A stretch of DNA of 64,000 bases, taken from contig CAVURN010000005.1 of the NCBI GenBank assembly GCA_963743915.1, positions 275,358 to 339,357 of the forward strand, given 5' to 3'. This DNA is from an uncultured Actinomycetota bacterium. Lineage in GTDB: Bacteria; Actinomycetota; Actinomycetes; JAHEKZ01. The position numbers and the translations under genes are program-made. The notes below the pieces were generated by a model. It was not told the DNA's origin, ran no database searches, and saw only the letters and a program-made list of their open reading frames with translations. Shown here one piece after another: positions 1 through 9,247 of this stretch (position 1 is the first letter of the stretch; each line of letters begins with the position of its first letter).

Positions 1-508
1 ACAGGGTGACCAGCGAGAAGATCGCGAGGATCCCGATGACAACCCGCACGATGAGCCCCTGTGCCTTGGTCACTGCGCTGGTCCCCACCACGTTGAGCAG
101 CGTCACTCCGACGACCAGCAGTGCCGTGAACACCTTCGCCCCGGCAACGCTGTCATCGGTGAACATCGCGCTGGCATAACCTCCGAACGAGGTCGCCACC
201 ATCGCAGTCACGATGAACTGCGAGCCGAAGGCGAGCCACGCCGTGATGCCGGTGAAGTGACCGTCACCGAAGCCTCGGGACACATACTCGATCAGTCCCG
301 ACCCCGACGGGAACTTCGAGCCCAGCTTGCCGAATGAGTAGCCCTGCAGCGCAGCGATCATCCCGGCGAGGAGGAACGACACCCACACCGCTGCTCCCGC
401 GATCTGACCTGCGGGTGCCAGCAGGGCAAAGATCCCAGCCCCCACCATCGCCCCTACACCGATGAACGCTGCCTGGCGAATGGTCATGGACTTCGTGGTG
501 GCAGTCAT
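1..508 (-). CDS. amino acid permease (APC family), N-terminal part; gene continues past window start
   Basis: Reverse-strand translation from ATG at 508 gives MTATTKSMTIRQAAFIGVGAMVGAGIFALLAPAGQIAGAAVWVSFLLAGMIAALQGYSFGKLG..., several TM helices typical of APC permeases; absent from ORF track because it runs off the edge. Confidence 0.6.
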   Translation of the reverse strand, partial: MTATTKSMTIRQAAFIGVGAMVGAGIFALLAPAGQIAGAAVWVSFLLAGMIAALQGYSFGKLGSKFPSGSGLIEYVSRGFGDGHFTGITAWLAFGSQFIVTAMVATSFGGYASAMFTDDSVAGAKVFTALLVVGVTLLNVVGTSAVTKAQGLIVRVVIGILAIFSLVTL

Positions 509-580
509 GTTCACCACCTCCCCATTCACGGTAGGTGGGACGATGCTGGTGGCGTCAGGGTCGGTGGTCCTGGCGCCGGT

Positions 581-1210
581 TCACCCCGGCTCGTGGTCGG
601 CGGACTCCACGGCAGCGACCGGCCGCCCATAGTCGACGGCGTCGCGCACCGGTGCCGGGGTGCGCTCGGCAAGCTGTCGGTCGGGCTCCGCACCAAGCGC
701 CGCGTTGACCGTCGAGAACGCGAGGCGGAAGGCGATGAGCATCGTGACCTCGGCGATGTCGCGGTCGGAGAATCCCGCGGCCCTCAGCGCCTCCACCTCC
801 CGCCGGGTCGTCGCACTCGGATCCCGGACGACCGACCGGGTCCACTCGGCGAGAGCCGACTCGCGTTCGGACAGCTCGGCGGGCGTATCCCCGCGAAGGA
901 CACCGGCGGCCACCTGCTCGTTGGCTGCCAGGGCCAGGTTCTTGCCCCAGGCGAGCGAGCAGTAGGGGTCCGACAGCGCAGCCACGGCCGCCGCGATCAC
1001 CACCGCCAGCTCCACCTGCGACAGCCTCATGTCCTGCCCCAGCTGGCCGCGCAGGTCGCGGAACCCCTGACAGACGTCCGGGCGGTGCGCCCATACCCGG
1101 GTGTGGTTGCTGATGTAGCCGTCGTCGGCGACATCCTCCTCGTACATCGCGCGCACGACGTCGTCCAGCGCGGGTTCGTTGAGCAGCATGGATCGATGGT
1201 GCTCCTGCAC
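581..1210 (-). CDS. carboxymuconolactone decarboxylase (CMD/AhpD-like) family protein
   Basis: 209 aa ORF; AhpD-like helical fold signature ...RVWAHRPDV...LAVVIAAAVAALSDPYCSLAWGKNLALAANEQV...; start may be internal Met. Confidence 0.6.
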   Translation of the reverse strand: MQEHHRSMLLNEPALDDVVRAMYEEDVADDGYISNHTRVWAHRPDVCQGFRDLRGQLGQDMRLSQVELAVVIAAAVAALSDPYCSLAWGKNLALAANEQVAAGVLRGDTPAELSERESALAEWTRSVVRDPSATTRREVEALRAAGFSDRDIAEVTMLIAFRLAFSTVNAALGAEPDRQLAERTPAPVRDAVDYGRPVAAVESADHEPG

Positions 1211-1260
1211 GAGGCCTGGGACAAGGAAGCGCCCCCGGCCCGACCGCGTACGGTGGCGCC

Positions 1261-2667
1261 ATGAGCGATGGCGCCTCCCGCACGGAGCACGACACCCTGG
1301 GTGAGGTCACGGTCCCCGGTGACGCCCTCTGGGGGGCAAGCACCCAGCGCGCCGTGCAGAACTTCCAGATCAGCGGGCACACCGTCTCCCCCGAGATCAT
1401 CCACGCCCTCGCCGACGTCAAAGCCGCTGCCGCCCTGTCCAACGCATCGCTGGGCGTGCTCGAGCCGCGAGTCGCTGACGCGATCGTGGAAGCCGCGGTG
1501 GAGGTGGCGTCCGGCCACCATGACGACCAGTTCCCCGTCGACCGCTTCCAGACGGGGTCCGGAACGTCGACGAACATGAACGTCAACGAGGTCCTCGCGC
1601 GCATCGCGAGCAACGCGTGCGGCGAAGCCGTGCACCCGAACGACCACGTGAACGCGTCGCAGTCCAGCAACGACGTCTTCCCCACGGCCATCCATCTCGC
1701 AGCCGCGCAGCTCCTGCGAGACGACCTGGTTCCGGCCCTGCAGGGCCTCGAGGATGCGCTCCTCATCCAGTCCCGTGAGTGGGCCGACGTCGTCAAGCCA
1801 GGGCGCACCCACCTGATGGATGCCGCACCGGTCACCCTCGGCCAGGAGTTCGGTGGCTACGCGTCCCAGATGCGTCAGTCGATCGCGCGCATCGAGGCGG
1901 TCGTGCCGCGGGTGCTGGAGGTGCCGCTCGGCGGCACGGCGGTGGGGACCGGCCTGAACGCTCCGCCGGGCTTCGCCGACCGGGCACTCGCTGCGATCGC
2001 CGACCGCACGGGGATCGCCCTGACGCGTCCGACGGATGCCTTCGAGGCGCAGTCGACCCGCGATGCCCTGGTCGAGCTCTCCGGCTGCCTGCGCACCCTC
2101 GCCGTGTCGATGATGAAGGTCTGCAACGACCTGCGGTGGATGGGGTCCGGACCGAGTGCCGGGCTCGCCGAGATCACGCTGCCCGCTCTCCAGCCCGGCT
2201 CGAGCATCATGCCGGGCAAGGTCAACCCGGTCGTCCCGGAGGCCGTGGTCCAGGCTTGCTGCCAGGTGGTCGGCCTGGATACCGCCCTCACGCTCGGGGC
2301 CACGACGTCGATGTTCGAGCTCAACACCGCGATGCCCCTCATGGGATGCAACGTCGTCGACTCCATCGGTCTGCTCGCCAACAGCGCCGTCGCTCTGCTG
2401 CAGCTGGTTCCGCGCATCAGCGTCGATCCCGAGCGGCTGCGCCGTTCCGCTGAGTCGTCCCCCGCCGTCGCCACGTCACTCAACCTGCTCGTCGGCTACG
2501 AGGCAGCGACGGCCATCGTCAAGGACGCCGCCGCACGCGGCGTCACGATCCGACAGGCGGCGCAGCGCCTGGTCGACGACGGGCGGGTGAGCCAGGACGC
2601 CCTTGACGAGGCCCTCGACCTGAACCGGATGACCCACCCGCAACAGCGACACCCGCACCCTCGCTGA
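1261..2667 (+). CDS. fumC: class II fumarate hydratase
   Basis: 468 aa; TEHDTLGEV, GSGTSTNMNVNEV, HPNDHVNASQSSNDVFPT (SSN as in fumarase, aspartase has STN), GSSIMPGKVNP signature. Confidence 0.8.
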   Translation: MSDGASRTEHDTLGEVTVPGDALWGASTQRAVQNFQISGHTVSPEIIHALADVKAAAALSNASLGVLEPRVADAIVEAAVEVASGHHDDQFPVDRFQTGSGTSTNMNVNEVLARIASNACGEAVHPNDHVNASQSSNDVFPTAIHLAAAQLLRDDLVPALQGLEDALLIQSREWADVVKPGRTHLMDAAPVTLGQEFGGYASQMRQSIARIEAVVPRVLEVPLGGTAVGTGLNAPPGFADRALAAIADRTGIALTRPTDAFEAQSTRDALVELSGCLRTLAVSMMKVCNDLRWMGSGPSAGLAEITLPALQPGSSIMPGKVNPVVPEAVVQACCQVVGLDTALTLGATTSMFELNTAMPLMGCNVVDSIGLLANSAVALLQLVPRISVDPERLRRSAESSPAVATSLNLLVGYEAATAIVKDAAARGVTIRQAAQRLVDDGRVSQDALDEALDLNRMTHPQQRHPHPR

Positions 2668-2694
2668 GGGAACAGACCCTGCGTCGTCCGCGGG

Positions 2695-3462
2695 TCAGGG
2701 TTCGAACGCGACGCGTTCGCCCGGCGGCGTCACGAGGACCTCCGTCTCGAGCCCGAGCTGGGCGACGGCATCGGCGAACGCGTAGGGCGGTGACTCCATC
2801 CGAGACAGGTGGAGACGGTGCAGGCCGGTGACGGCCAGCGTTCCCCAGTGGATCGGCACCGCGTAGCGAGGACGCAGCAGCGCGACGGCCTCCGCCGCGC
2901 GATGCGGGTTCATGTGCCCGTCCCCGAGCACCAGCCCCCAGCCCCAGACCGGCAGCAGAGCCACATCCAGCTCCTCGCCGGTCAGGTGCTTCATGCCCGG
3001 GAAGAGGTCGGTGTCCCCGGCAAAGTAGACGCGCGCCGGACCCGCCTCGATCAGGTAGCCCACCGCCAGCGCCACCGGACCGCGCGGTTCGCGCTTGCCG
3101 GAATGCACGGCCACGGTGGTGGTCACCGTGATTCCCGCGTGGTGGACAACGTCACCGGGGCTGACCTCGGCGAGGTGGTCGAACCCCTTGCTGCGCATCC
3201 ACGCCCCTGCACCGTGCGGCACCACGATGAGCGGGTCGTTCCTCAGCATCCGCAGCGACGGCAGGTCGAGGTGGTCGTGGTGCAGGTGGGAGATCAGCAC
3301 CAGATCGACCTCGTCGTAGCCCCGCAGGTCGGCGGCGTGCGGCATCCGACGCAGGATGGTTGCCCCGAGTCGCAGCACCGGGTCGGTCATGACGCGGGCG
3401 CCCTCGACCTCGATGAGGACCGTGGCGTGCCCGAGATAGGTCAGATAGTCCCGGTCCGCCAC
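2695..3462 (-). CDS. MBL-fold metallo-hydrolase
   Basis: 255 aa; HLHHDHLD metal-binding motif, YLGHATVLIE N-terminus. Confidence 0.7.
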   Translation of the reverse strand: MADRDYLTYLGHATVLIEVEGARVMTDPVLRLGATILRRMPHAADLRGYDEVDLVLISHLHHDHLDLPSLRMLRNDPLIVVPHGAGAWMRSKGFDHLAEVSPGDVVHHAGITVTTTVAVHSGKREPRGPVALAVGYLIEAGPARVYFAGDTDLFPGMKHLTGEELDVALLPVWGWGLVLGDGHMNPHRAAEAVALLRPRYAVPIHWGTLAVTGLHRLHLSRMESPPYAFADAVAQLGLETEVLVTPPGERVAFEP

Positions 3463-3491
3463 GCGCCCACCCTACGAAAGGACGGCCGCAC

Positions 3492-4784
3492 CTACAGCGT
3501 GAGGTCCTCAAGCATCTCGGTGACGAGTGCTGCGATGGGTGAGCGCTCGGAACGGGTGAGCGTGACGTGCGCGAAGAGCGGATGGCCCTTGAGCTTCTCG
3601 ACGACGGCCACGATGCCGTCGTGCCGGCCCACCCGCAGGTTGTCGCGCTGGGCGACGTCGTGGGTCAGGACGACCCGCGAGCCCTGCCCGATCCGCGAGA
3701 GGACCGTGAGCAGCACGTTTCGTTCCAGCGACTGCGCCTCGTCCACGATGACGAAGGCGTCGTGCAGCGAGCGGCCCCGGATGTGCGTGAGGGGCAGGAC
3801 CTCGAGCATGCCTCGGTCGACGATCTCCTCGACAACCTCGGTGGTGGTGATCGCCGAGAGAGTGTCGAAGACCGCCTGCCCCCAGGGGTTCATCTTCTCG
3901 TTCTCGCTGCCCGGCAGGTAGCCGAGCTCCTGTCCCCCGACGGCGAAGAGCGGGCGGAACACCACGACCCGACGGTGCTGGCTGCGCTCGAGGACCGCCT
4001 CCAGGCCCGCACAGAGCGCGAGGGCGGACTTGCCGGTGCCGGCGCGTCCGCCCAACGACACGATGCCGACGTCCGGGTCGAGCAGGACGTCGAGGGCGAT
4101 GCGCTGCTCGGCGCTGCGGCCGTGCAGCCCGAACGCCTCACGGTCCCCCCGCACCAGTCGCACCTGCTTCTCCGGCGTGATCCGGCCCAGGCCGGATCCC
4201 CGCTCCGACAGCAGCACCAGACCGGTGTGGCACGGAAGCTCGCGCGCGACATCGAGGTCGATCTGGTCCTCGTGGTACAGCCGGTCGAGTGTGTCGGCGT
4301 CCACCTCCACCTCGGCCATGCCGTTCCACCCGGACTCGACAGCACCCTCGGCGAGGTACTCCTCGGCCACCAGGCCGACGGCCGACGCCTTGACGCGCAT
4401 CGGCAGGTCCTTGGAGACCAAAGTCACGTGCCGGCCCTCGGCAGCCAGGTTGCGGGCGACCGCCAGGATCCGCGTGTCGTTGTCGCCCAGCCGGAAGCCG
4501 GGCGGCAGCACGGACGGGTCGGTGTGGTTCAGCTCCACGCGGATCACTCCGCCGCTGTCACCGATCGGGAGCGGCTCGTCCAGCCGTCCGTGGGCCACCC
4601 GGAGGTCGTCGAGCATCCTCAACGCCGAGCGGGCGAAGTAGCCGAGCTCCGGGTGTGAGCGTTTGGCCTCCAGCTCGGTGATCACCACCACCGGGAGCAC
4701 GACTTCGTGCTCGTCGAACCGCGTCCACGCGGCAGGGTCGGACAGCAGGACTGAGGTGTCGAGGACGAACGTCCGACGGTCCAC
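3492..4784 (-). CDS. PhoH2 (PIN domain + PhoH-like ATPase)
   Basis: 430 aa; N-terminal PIN (FVLDTSVLL), Walker A GRAGTGKS, PhoH-like C-terminus. Confidence 0.8.
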   Translation of the reverse strand: MDRRTFVLDTSVLLSDPAAWTRFDEHEVVLPVVVITELEAKRSHPELGYFARSALRMLDDLRVAHGRLDEPLPIGDSGGVIRVELNHTDPSVLPPGFRLGDNDTRILAVARNLAAEGRHVTLVSKDLPMRVKASAVGLVAEEYLAEGAVESGWNGMAEVEVDADTLDRLYHEDQIDLDVARELPCHTGLVLLSERGSGLGRITPEKQVRLVRGDREAFGLHGRSAEQRIALDVLLDPDVGIVSLGGRAGTGKSALALCAGLEAVLERSQHRRVVVFRPLFAVGGQELGYLPGSENEKMNPWGQAVFDTLSAITTTEVVEEIVDRGMLEVLPLTHIRGRSLHDAFVIVDEAQSLERNVLLTVLSRIGQGSRVVLTHDVAQRDNLRVGRHDGIVAVVEKLKGHPLFAHVTLTRSERSPIAALVTEMLEDLTL

Positions 4785-4881
4785 GGGTGATGGCCTCCTT
4801 CGGGTCGCGCATCATCGACGCTACGACGGTGACCGCGGACACCGGAGACGCCACGCCGGGCCCCACTAGACTCACGCCACT

Positions 4882-4907
4882 GGTGGTCCGATCGGGTGGT
4901 CCGATCG
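4882..4907. repeat. perfect 13-bp tandem duplication GGTGGTCCGATCG x2 in PhoH2/sulfotransferase intergenic region
   Basis: read directly: tGGTGGTCCGATCGGGTGGTCCGATCGagc. Confidence 0.9.
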
Positions 4908-4955
4908 AGCGACCCGATCCTGGGTGCGTCCAGCGGGCCGAGCGCGAGGAGCAGA

Positions 4956-5768
4956 GTGGGCGACTTCCTGCACGACGACCAACGTCTGGTCTTCGTGGGC
5001 GGCCTGCACCGCAGTGGCACGACCCTGCTCGCGCGCCTGATCGCCGACCATCCCGACACCACCGGGCTCGCTGGCACCGGCGTCCCGGAGGACGAGGGGC
5101 AGCACCTGCAGGACGTGTACCCGCCCGCGAAGGAGCTCGGAGGCTCGGGCCGCTTCGCGCACCATGCGAGGGCGCATCTCACGGAGGACTCGCCGCTCGT
5201 CGGGAGGGAGAACGCCCAGCGACTCTGGGACTCATGGCGTCCCTTCTGGGACTCTGACGCCCCTTGGCTCGTCGAGAAGTCTCCCCCCAACCTGCTGATG
5301 GGACGCTACCTGCAGGCGCTCTTCCCCTCCGCGTCCTTCCTGTTCATCGTGCGCCACCCGGTCACTGTCACCATGGCCACCCGCAAGTGGCGCCGCCGGA
5401 CACCGTTGCCGCGGCTGCTGGAGCACTGGTTCACCGCGCACACCACCGCCCGGACGGACTTGCCCGCCCTCGAGCGTGTCCACGTGGTCAGCTACGAGTG
5501 GCTGCTGGCGGACCCTGAGGAGACGTTGGCCTCCGTGGCGCAGTTCCTCGGTCTGCCCGGCGAGCTCGACCCCAGCGCCATCAAGCCCGACACCAGTACG
5601 CCTTACCAGCGGCAGTGGCACGAGCTGCTCGACGCCGGCAAGCGCGGGGCGACTCGAGCGCGCGAGCGGTTCGGGCCGTTGGCGCAGACGTTTGGCTACG
5701 ACCTCGACGACCTGGACGTCATCCCGCGCCACCCGCTGCTCGACGCCACGGGCACCCGACTGAAGTAG
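4956..5768 (+). CDS. sulfotransferase family protein (Sulfotransfer_3 / Stf0-like)
   Basis: PAPS 5'-phosphosulfate-binding loop VFVGGLHRSGTTLLAR near N-terminus; GTG start at 4956 preceded by GAGGAG; ORF track gives longer 4896 start. Confidence 0.65.
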   Translation: MGDFLHDDQRLVFVGGLHRSGTTLLARLIADHPDTTGLAGTGVPEDEGQHLQDVYPPAKELGGSGRFAHHARAHLTEDSPLVGRENAQRLWDSWRPFWDSDAPWLVEKSPPNLLMGRYLQALFPSASFLFIVRHPVTVTMATRKWRRRTPLPRLLEHWFTAHTTARTDLPALERVHVVSYEWLLADPEETLASVAQFLGLPGELDPSAIKPDTSTPYQRQWHELLDAGKRGATRARERFGPLAQTFGYDLDDLDVIPRHPLLDATGTRLK

Positions 5769-6530
5769 TCAGCCGCCGTAGCGACGGTGGCGCTGCGCGT
5801 ACGCGCGCAGCGCGCGCAGGAAGTCCACCCGCCGGAAGTCCGGCCAGTACGCCTCGCAGAAGTAGAACTCGCTGTGCGCGCTCTGCCAGAGCATGAACCC
5901 CGAGAGGCGTTGCTCACCTGAGGTGCGGATCACCAGGTCGGGATCGGGTTGTCCCTTGGTGTAGAGGTGCTCCTCGATGTGCTCGGCGGCGAAGTCGCGA
6001 GCGAGGTCCTCCATCGGGGTGCCCTGGGCCGCATGCTCGACGAGCAGCGACCGCACCGCGTCGGCGATCTCCTGCCGGCCTCCGTAACCGACGGCGACGT
6101 TGACCATGATCCCGTCGACGTCGCGCGTCGCGGTGGCCGCCGACTTCAGGGCCTCAGCCGTGGCCTGGGGGAGCATGTCGAGCGCCCCCACCGGGTTCAG
6201 ACGCCAGCGACCCGAACCTGCAAGTTCGCCCACCACCTTCTCGATGATCTCGAGCAGCGGTTGGAGCTCAGGTTCGGGACGCGAGAGGTTGTCCGTGGAC
6301 AGCAGCCAGAGGGTGACGCGCTCGACGCCCGCCTCGTCGCACCACTCGAGCAGCCGGGCGATCTTGTCGGCGCCCGCCTGGTGCCCGGTGCTCGGGGCAC
6401 TGCCACTGGCGCGCGCCCATCGACGGTTGCCGTCGAGGATGACGCCGACGTGCTTGGGCACCTGCTCGGGATCGAGGGATGCGAGGAGCCGCCGCTCGTA
6501 GAGCGAGTACGCGACGTCGCGAAGGCCCAC
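5769..6530 (-). CDS. uppS: isoprenyl transferase (Z-prenyl / undecaprenyl diphosphate synthase family)
   Basis: 253 aa; HVGVILDGNRRWA, DLVIRTSGEQRLSGFMLWQSAHSEFYF. Confidence 0.8.
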   Translation of the reverse strand: MGLRDVAYSLYERRLLASLDPEQVPKHVGVILDGNRRWARASGSAPSTGHQAGADKIARLLEWCDEAGVERVTLWLLSTDNLSRPEPELQPLLEIIEKVVGELAGSGRWRLNPVGALDMLPQATAEALKSAATATRDVDGIMVNVAVGYGGRQEIADAVRSLLVEHAAQGTPMEDLARDFAAEHIEEHLYTKGQPDPDLVIRTSGEQRLSGFMLWQSAHSEFYFCEAYWPDFRRVDFLRALRAYAQRHRRYGG

Positions 6531-6594
6531 GCCGGTGTCCCCTTCCGGATCAACGCCTCGACTCTACCCGCGGAGGGCCCCTTGCTGGACTCCC

Positions 6595-7056
6595 CTACTG
6601 AATCGCGGGGAGGACGACCACCGGACCGTGCGCGTGTCGCACCACCTCGGTGGACACCGAGCCCAGCCACCGGGCCAGCCCCGAGCCCCGGGCCCCGACG
6701 ACCGTGACGGCGGAGTCGGTCGACGCATGGACCAGTGCCTGCGACGCCGATGAGTGGACGGGAAGCAGGTGGACGACGCCGGCCGGGTTCGGTCCGAGCA
6801 CCCGCTCGAGGTCCGCCGCCATCTCGGCGCGCACGGCCTCGGCGAACTCGTCCTCGCTCGGGACGTAACCGACGTCTGCGGTCGCCGGTCGCGGTGCGGA
6901 CGTGAGCGCCCAGGCGCGGATCACCACGAGCGGGACTCCCCGACGCAGCGCGTCCTCGTGGGCCCAGCGAACGGCCCGAGCGGCATCCGGTGACCCGTCG
7001 TCGCCGACCACCACGGCACCCCTGGTGACCGGCGAGTCGCCCTGCTGCTCACTCAT
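6595..7056 (-). CDS. universal stress protein
   Basis: MSEQQ...AVVVGDDGSPDAARAVRWAHEDALRRGVPLVVIRAW... UspA fold; ATG at 7056 with GAGG RBS. Confidence 0.7.
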   Translation of the reverse strand: MSEQQGDSPVTRGAVVVGDDGSPDAARAVRWAHEDALRRGVPLVVIRAWALTSAPRPATADVGYVPSEDEFAEAVRAEMAADLERVLGPNPAGVVHLLPVHSSASQALVHASTDSAVTVVGARGSGLARWLGSVSTEVVRHAHGPVVVLPAIQ

Positions 7057-7082
7057 GCGCACCTCTTCTCGTTCTGGGGCCA

Positions 7083-9098
7083 TCACTCTGTCGCACCCCG
7101 CAGGAGCTGCGCGACCTGCCCCCCGTCCCGGGTGGGCCGTTCACAGCGGAACTCGCGACAGACGTAGGCCGCCGCGTGACCGTCCACCGTGGAGCGGCCG
7201 GCCAGCAGCGGGACGCCACGCGCACCGGGCTCCCCCACGGCCACGACCCGGCCGGGTGCCGGCCAAGACCACGCCGCGTGGACCAGCGCGTCGCGCTCCG
7301 GGCCCTCCTCCCCCACGACTGCGACCTCGCGGGGACCGTCGTGCCAGGCCTCAGCGACCGCCAGCCACCAGCCCGCGAATCGCGGTGCTTTCCGTGCCAG
7401 GCCGGTTGCGCCGGCCAGGACGGCCTCCGCGGCTGCTCGGTGACGCATCTCTCCGCCGAGCGCGGCTGACGTCAGCAGGGCCCCGGCGAGGGACGCCTGG
7501 CCGCAGGGGGTGGCGTTGTCGGTCCACTCCTGGGGTCGGCGGACGAGCTTCTCGGCGTCGGATGCGGTGTCGAAGAAGCCGCCCCGGCCGTCGCCGAAGC
7601 GATCCAGCGCGACATCCAGGAGGTCGATCGCCCGGTCGTACCACCGGGGGTCGCCGCTGACCATCGAGAGAGTGAGCCACCCCTCGGCCGTCTGTGCGTA
7701 GTCCTCGAGGACGCCGGCGGCATCACCGGCCACCCCGTCGCGGGACACCCGGCGGAGCCGTCCGTCGACGAGGTGCACGTCCCACAGCAGCTCCGCGCAG
7801 GCCGTCGCGGCGTCCACCAGGTCCCCTCGGCCGACGACGGCACCGATCTCCGCGAGGGCGGCGATCGCGAGGCCGTTCCACCCCGCCACGACCTTGTCGT
7901 CCCTGGCCGGACGCGTGCGCTCCTCACGGACTTCCCGCAGTCGGTGCCGTACGCGTGACCAGCGGCTGTCGTCGTCGGGATCGGCACGCCGCTGCAGCGT
8001 GGACCAGCCGTCCTCGAAGGTGCCCTCCTCGGTGACCGAGAGGAAGCTGGCCGCCCACAGGCCGTCCTCCCGGCCGAGGGCATCCACCAGCGTCTGTGGT
8101 GACCAGACGTAGTACTTGCCCTCGACCCCGTCGGTGTCGGCATCGAGTGCGGAGGCGTACCCGCCCTCGGGCGTGCGCAGCTCGGTGACCAGGAAGTCCG
8201 CGGTCTCGACCGCGACCCGCTCACCCAGTGGGCGTCCGGACAGCTGTCCGATGTGCAGGGCCACCCGCGCCAGCAAGGCGTTGTCGTAGAGCATCTTCTC
8301 GAAGTGCGGCACCACCCACCCGGCATCCACGCTGTACCGCGCGAAGCCACCGGAGAGCTGGTCGTAGATGCCGCCCGACGCCATGGCCCGCAGTGTCCCC
8401 TCGGCCATCAGCAGTGCGTCTCCGGACCCGGTTCGTGCGTGGTGACGACAGAGGAACTCGAGCACCATGCTCGGCGGGAACTTCGGTGCCGCACCGAACC
8501 CGCCGCGGGCATGGTCGTACTGACGCGCGAGAAGCGGCATCGCCGCCGCGAGGTCGTCGGGGCTCGGAGGGCCTGCGTCGTCCGCTCGCGCCTCCTCCCG
8601 AAGGCCGGCGATCCGACCGAGCACGTCCGATGCCTGGGCACGGACGTCGTCCGGCCGTTCCCGCCACACCTCGGAGACGGCGGTCAGCACCTCACCGAAC
8701 CCTGGCAGCTCGCCGCGCCGCCGCGGCGGGAAGTAGGTGCCTGCGTAGAAGGGCTCACCGGACGGAGTGAGGAAGACGGTCATGGGCCACCCACCGTGAC
8801 CGGTCATGGCCGTGACGGCGTCCATATACACCGCGTCGACGTCGGGGCGCTCCTCGCGGTCGACCTTGACCGAGACGTATCGCGCGTTCATCAGCTCCGC
8901 GATGCCGGGATCTTCGAACGACTCGTGGGCCATGACATGGCACCAGTGGCAGGCCGAGTAGCCCACCGAGAGGAGCACCGGCACTCCGCGTCGCTGTGCC
9001 TCGACGAAGGCTTCGGGGCCCCACGGCCACCAGTCGACGGGGTTGTCGGCGTGCTGCTGCAGGTACGGGCTGGCGGCTTGCGCGAGGCGGTTCGGCAC
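7083..9098 (-). CDS. thioredoxin-domain protein YyaL (DUF255 / N-acylglucosamine 2-epimerase superfamily)
   Basis: [11 protein letters not shown]...[23 protein letters not shown]...[13 protein letters not shown]; track ORF extends to 9332 but first 78 aa are R/G-rich junk; GTG at 9098 with GGGAG upstream. Confidence 0.75.
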   Translation of the reverse strand: MPNRLAQAASPYLQQHADNPVDWWPWGPEAFVEAQRRGVPVLLSVGYSACHWCHVMAHESFEDPGIAELMNARYVSVKVDREERPDVDAVYMDAVTAMTGHGGWPMTVFLTPSGEPFYAGTYFPPRRRGELPGFGEVLTAVSEVWRERPDDVRAQASDVLGRIAGLREEARADDAGPPSPDDLAAAMPLLARQYDHARGGFGAAPKFPPSMVLEFLCRHHARTGSGDALLMAEGTLRAMASGGIYDQLSGGFARYSVDAGWVVPHFEKMLYDNALLARVALHIGQLSGRPLGERVAVETADFLVTELRTPEGGYASALDADTDGVEGKYYVWSPQTLVDALGREDGLWAASFLSVTEEGTFEDGWSTLQRRADPDDDSRWSRVRHRLREVREERTRPARDDKVVAGWNGLAIAALAEIGAVVGRGDLVDAATACAELLWDVHLVDGRLRRVSRDGVAGDAAGVLEDYAQTAEGWLTLSMVSGDPRWYDRAIDLLDVALDRFGDGRGGFFDTASDAEKLVRRPQEWTDNATPCGQASLAGALLTSAALGGEMRHRAAAEAVLAGATGLARKAPRFAGWWLAVAEAWHDGPREVAVVGEEGPERDALVHAAWSWPAPGRVVAVGEPGARGVPLLAGRSTVDGHAAAYVCREFRCERPTRDGGQVAQLLRGATE

Positions 9099-9247
9099 CG
9101 GCTCATTCTCGCGCTCCCGCCCGGGGCGGACACAATTGCGTCTGGGGAGCGTTTCACCTGCCGTGCCGGGGCGCCGATGCCTGAAGATGGGGTGGGCCAC
9201 CTCCGGCTGGCCCCTGCCCGCCTGCCGTCGACCGTTGTGAGGGTGCC

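Noticed and set aside
555-1835. 426-aa minus-strand ORF antisense to fumC/CMD region (and many similar long ORFs, e.g. 8253-9251, 19730-20956, 37390-39192, 40866-42281, 61634-63820)
   Set aside because: Arg/Pro/Gly/Ala-rich, low-complexity translations lying antisense to strongly supported genes; typical open-frame artefacts of 70%+ GC DNA.
2668-2694. Imperfect inverted repeat between convergent fumC and MBL genes as a bidirectional terminator
   Set aside because: Stem is short and imperfect (GACCCTGCG/CGCGGGTC with a mismatch); too weak to call.
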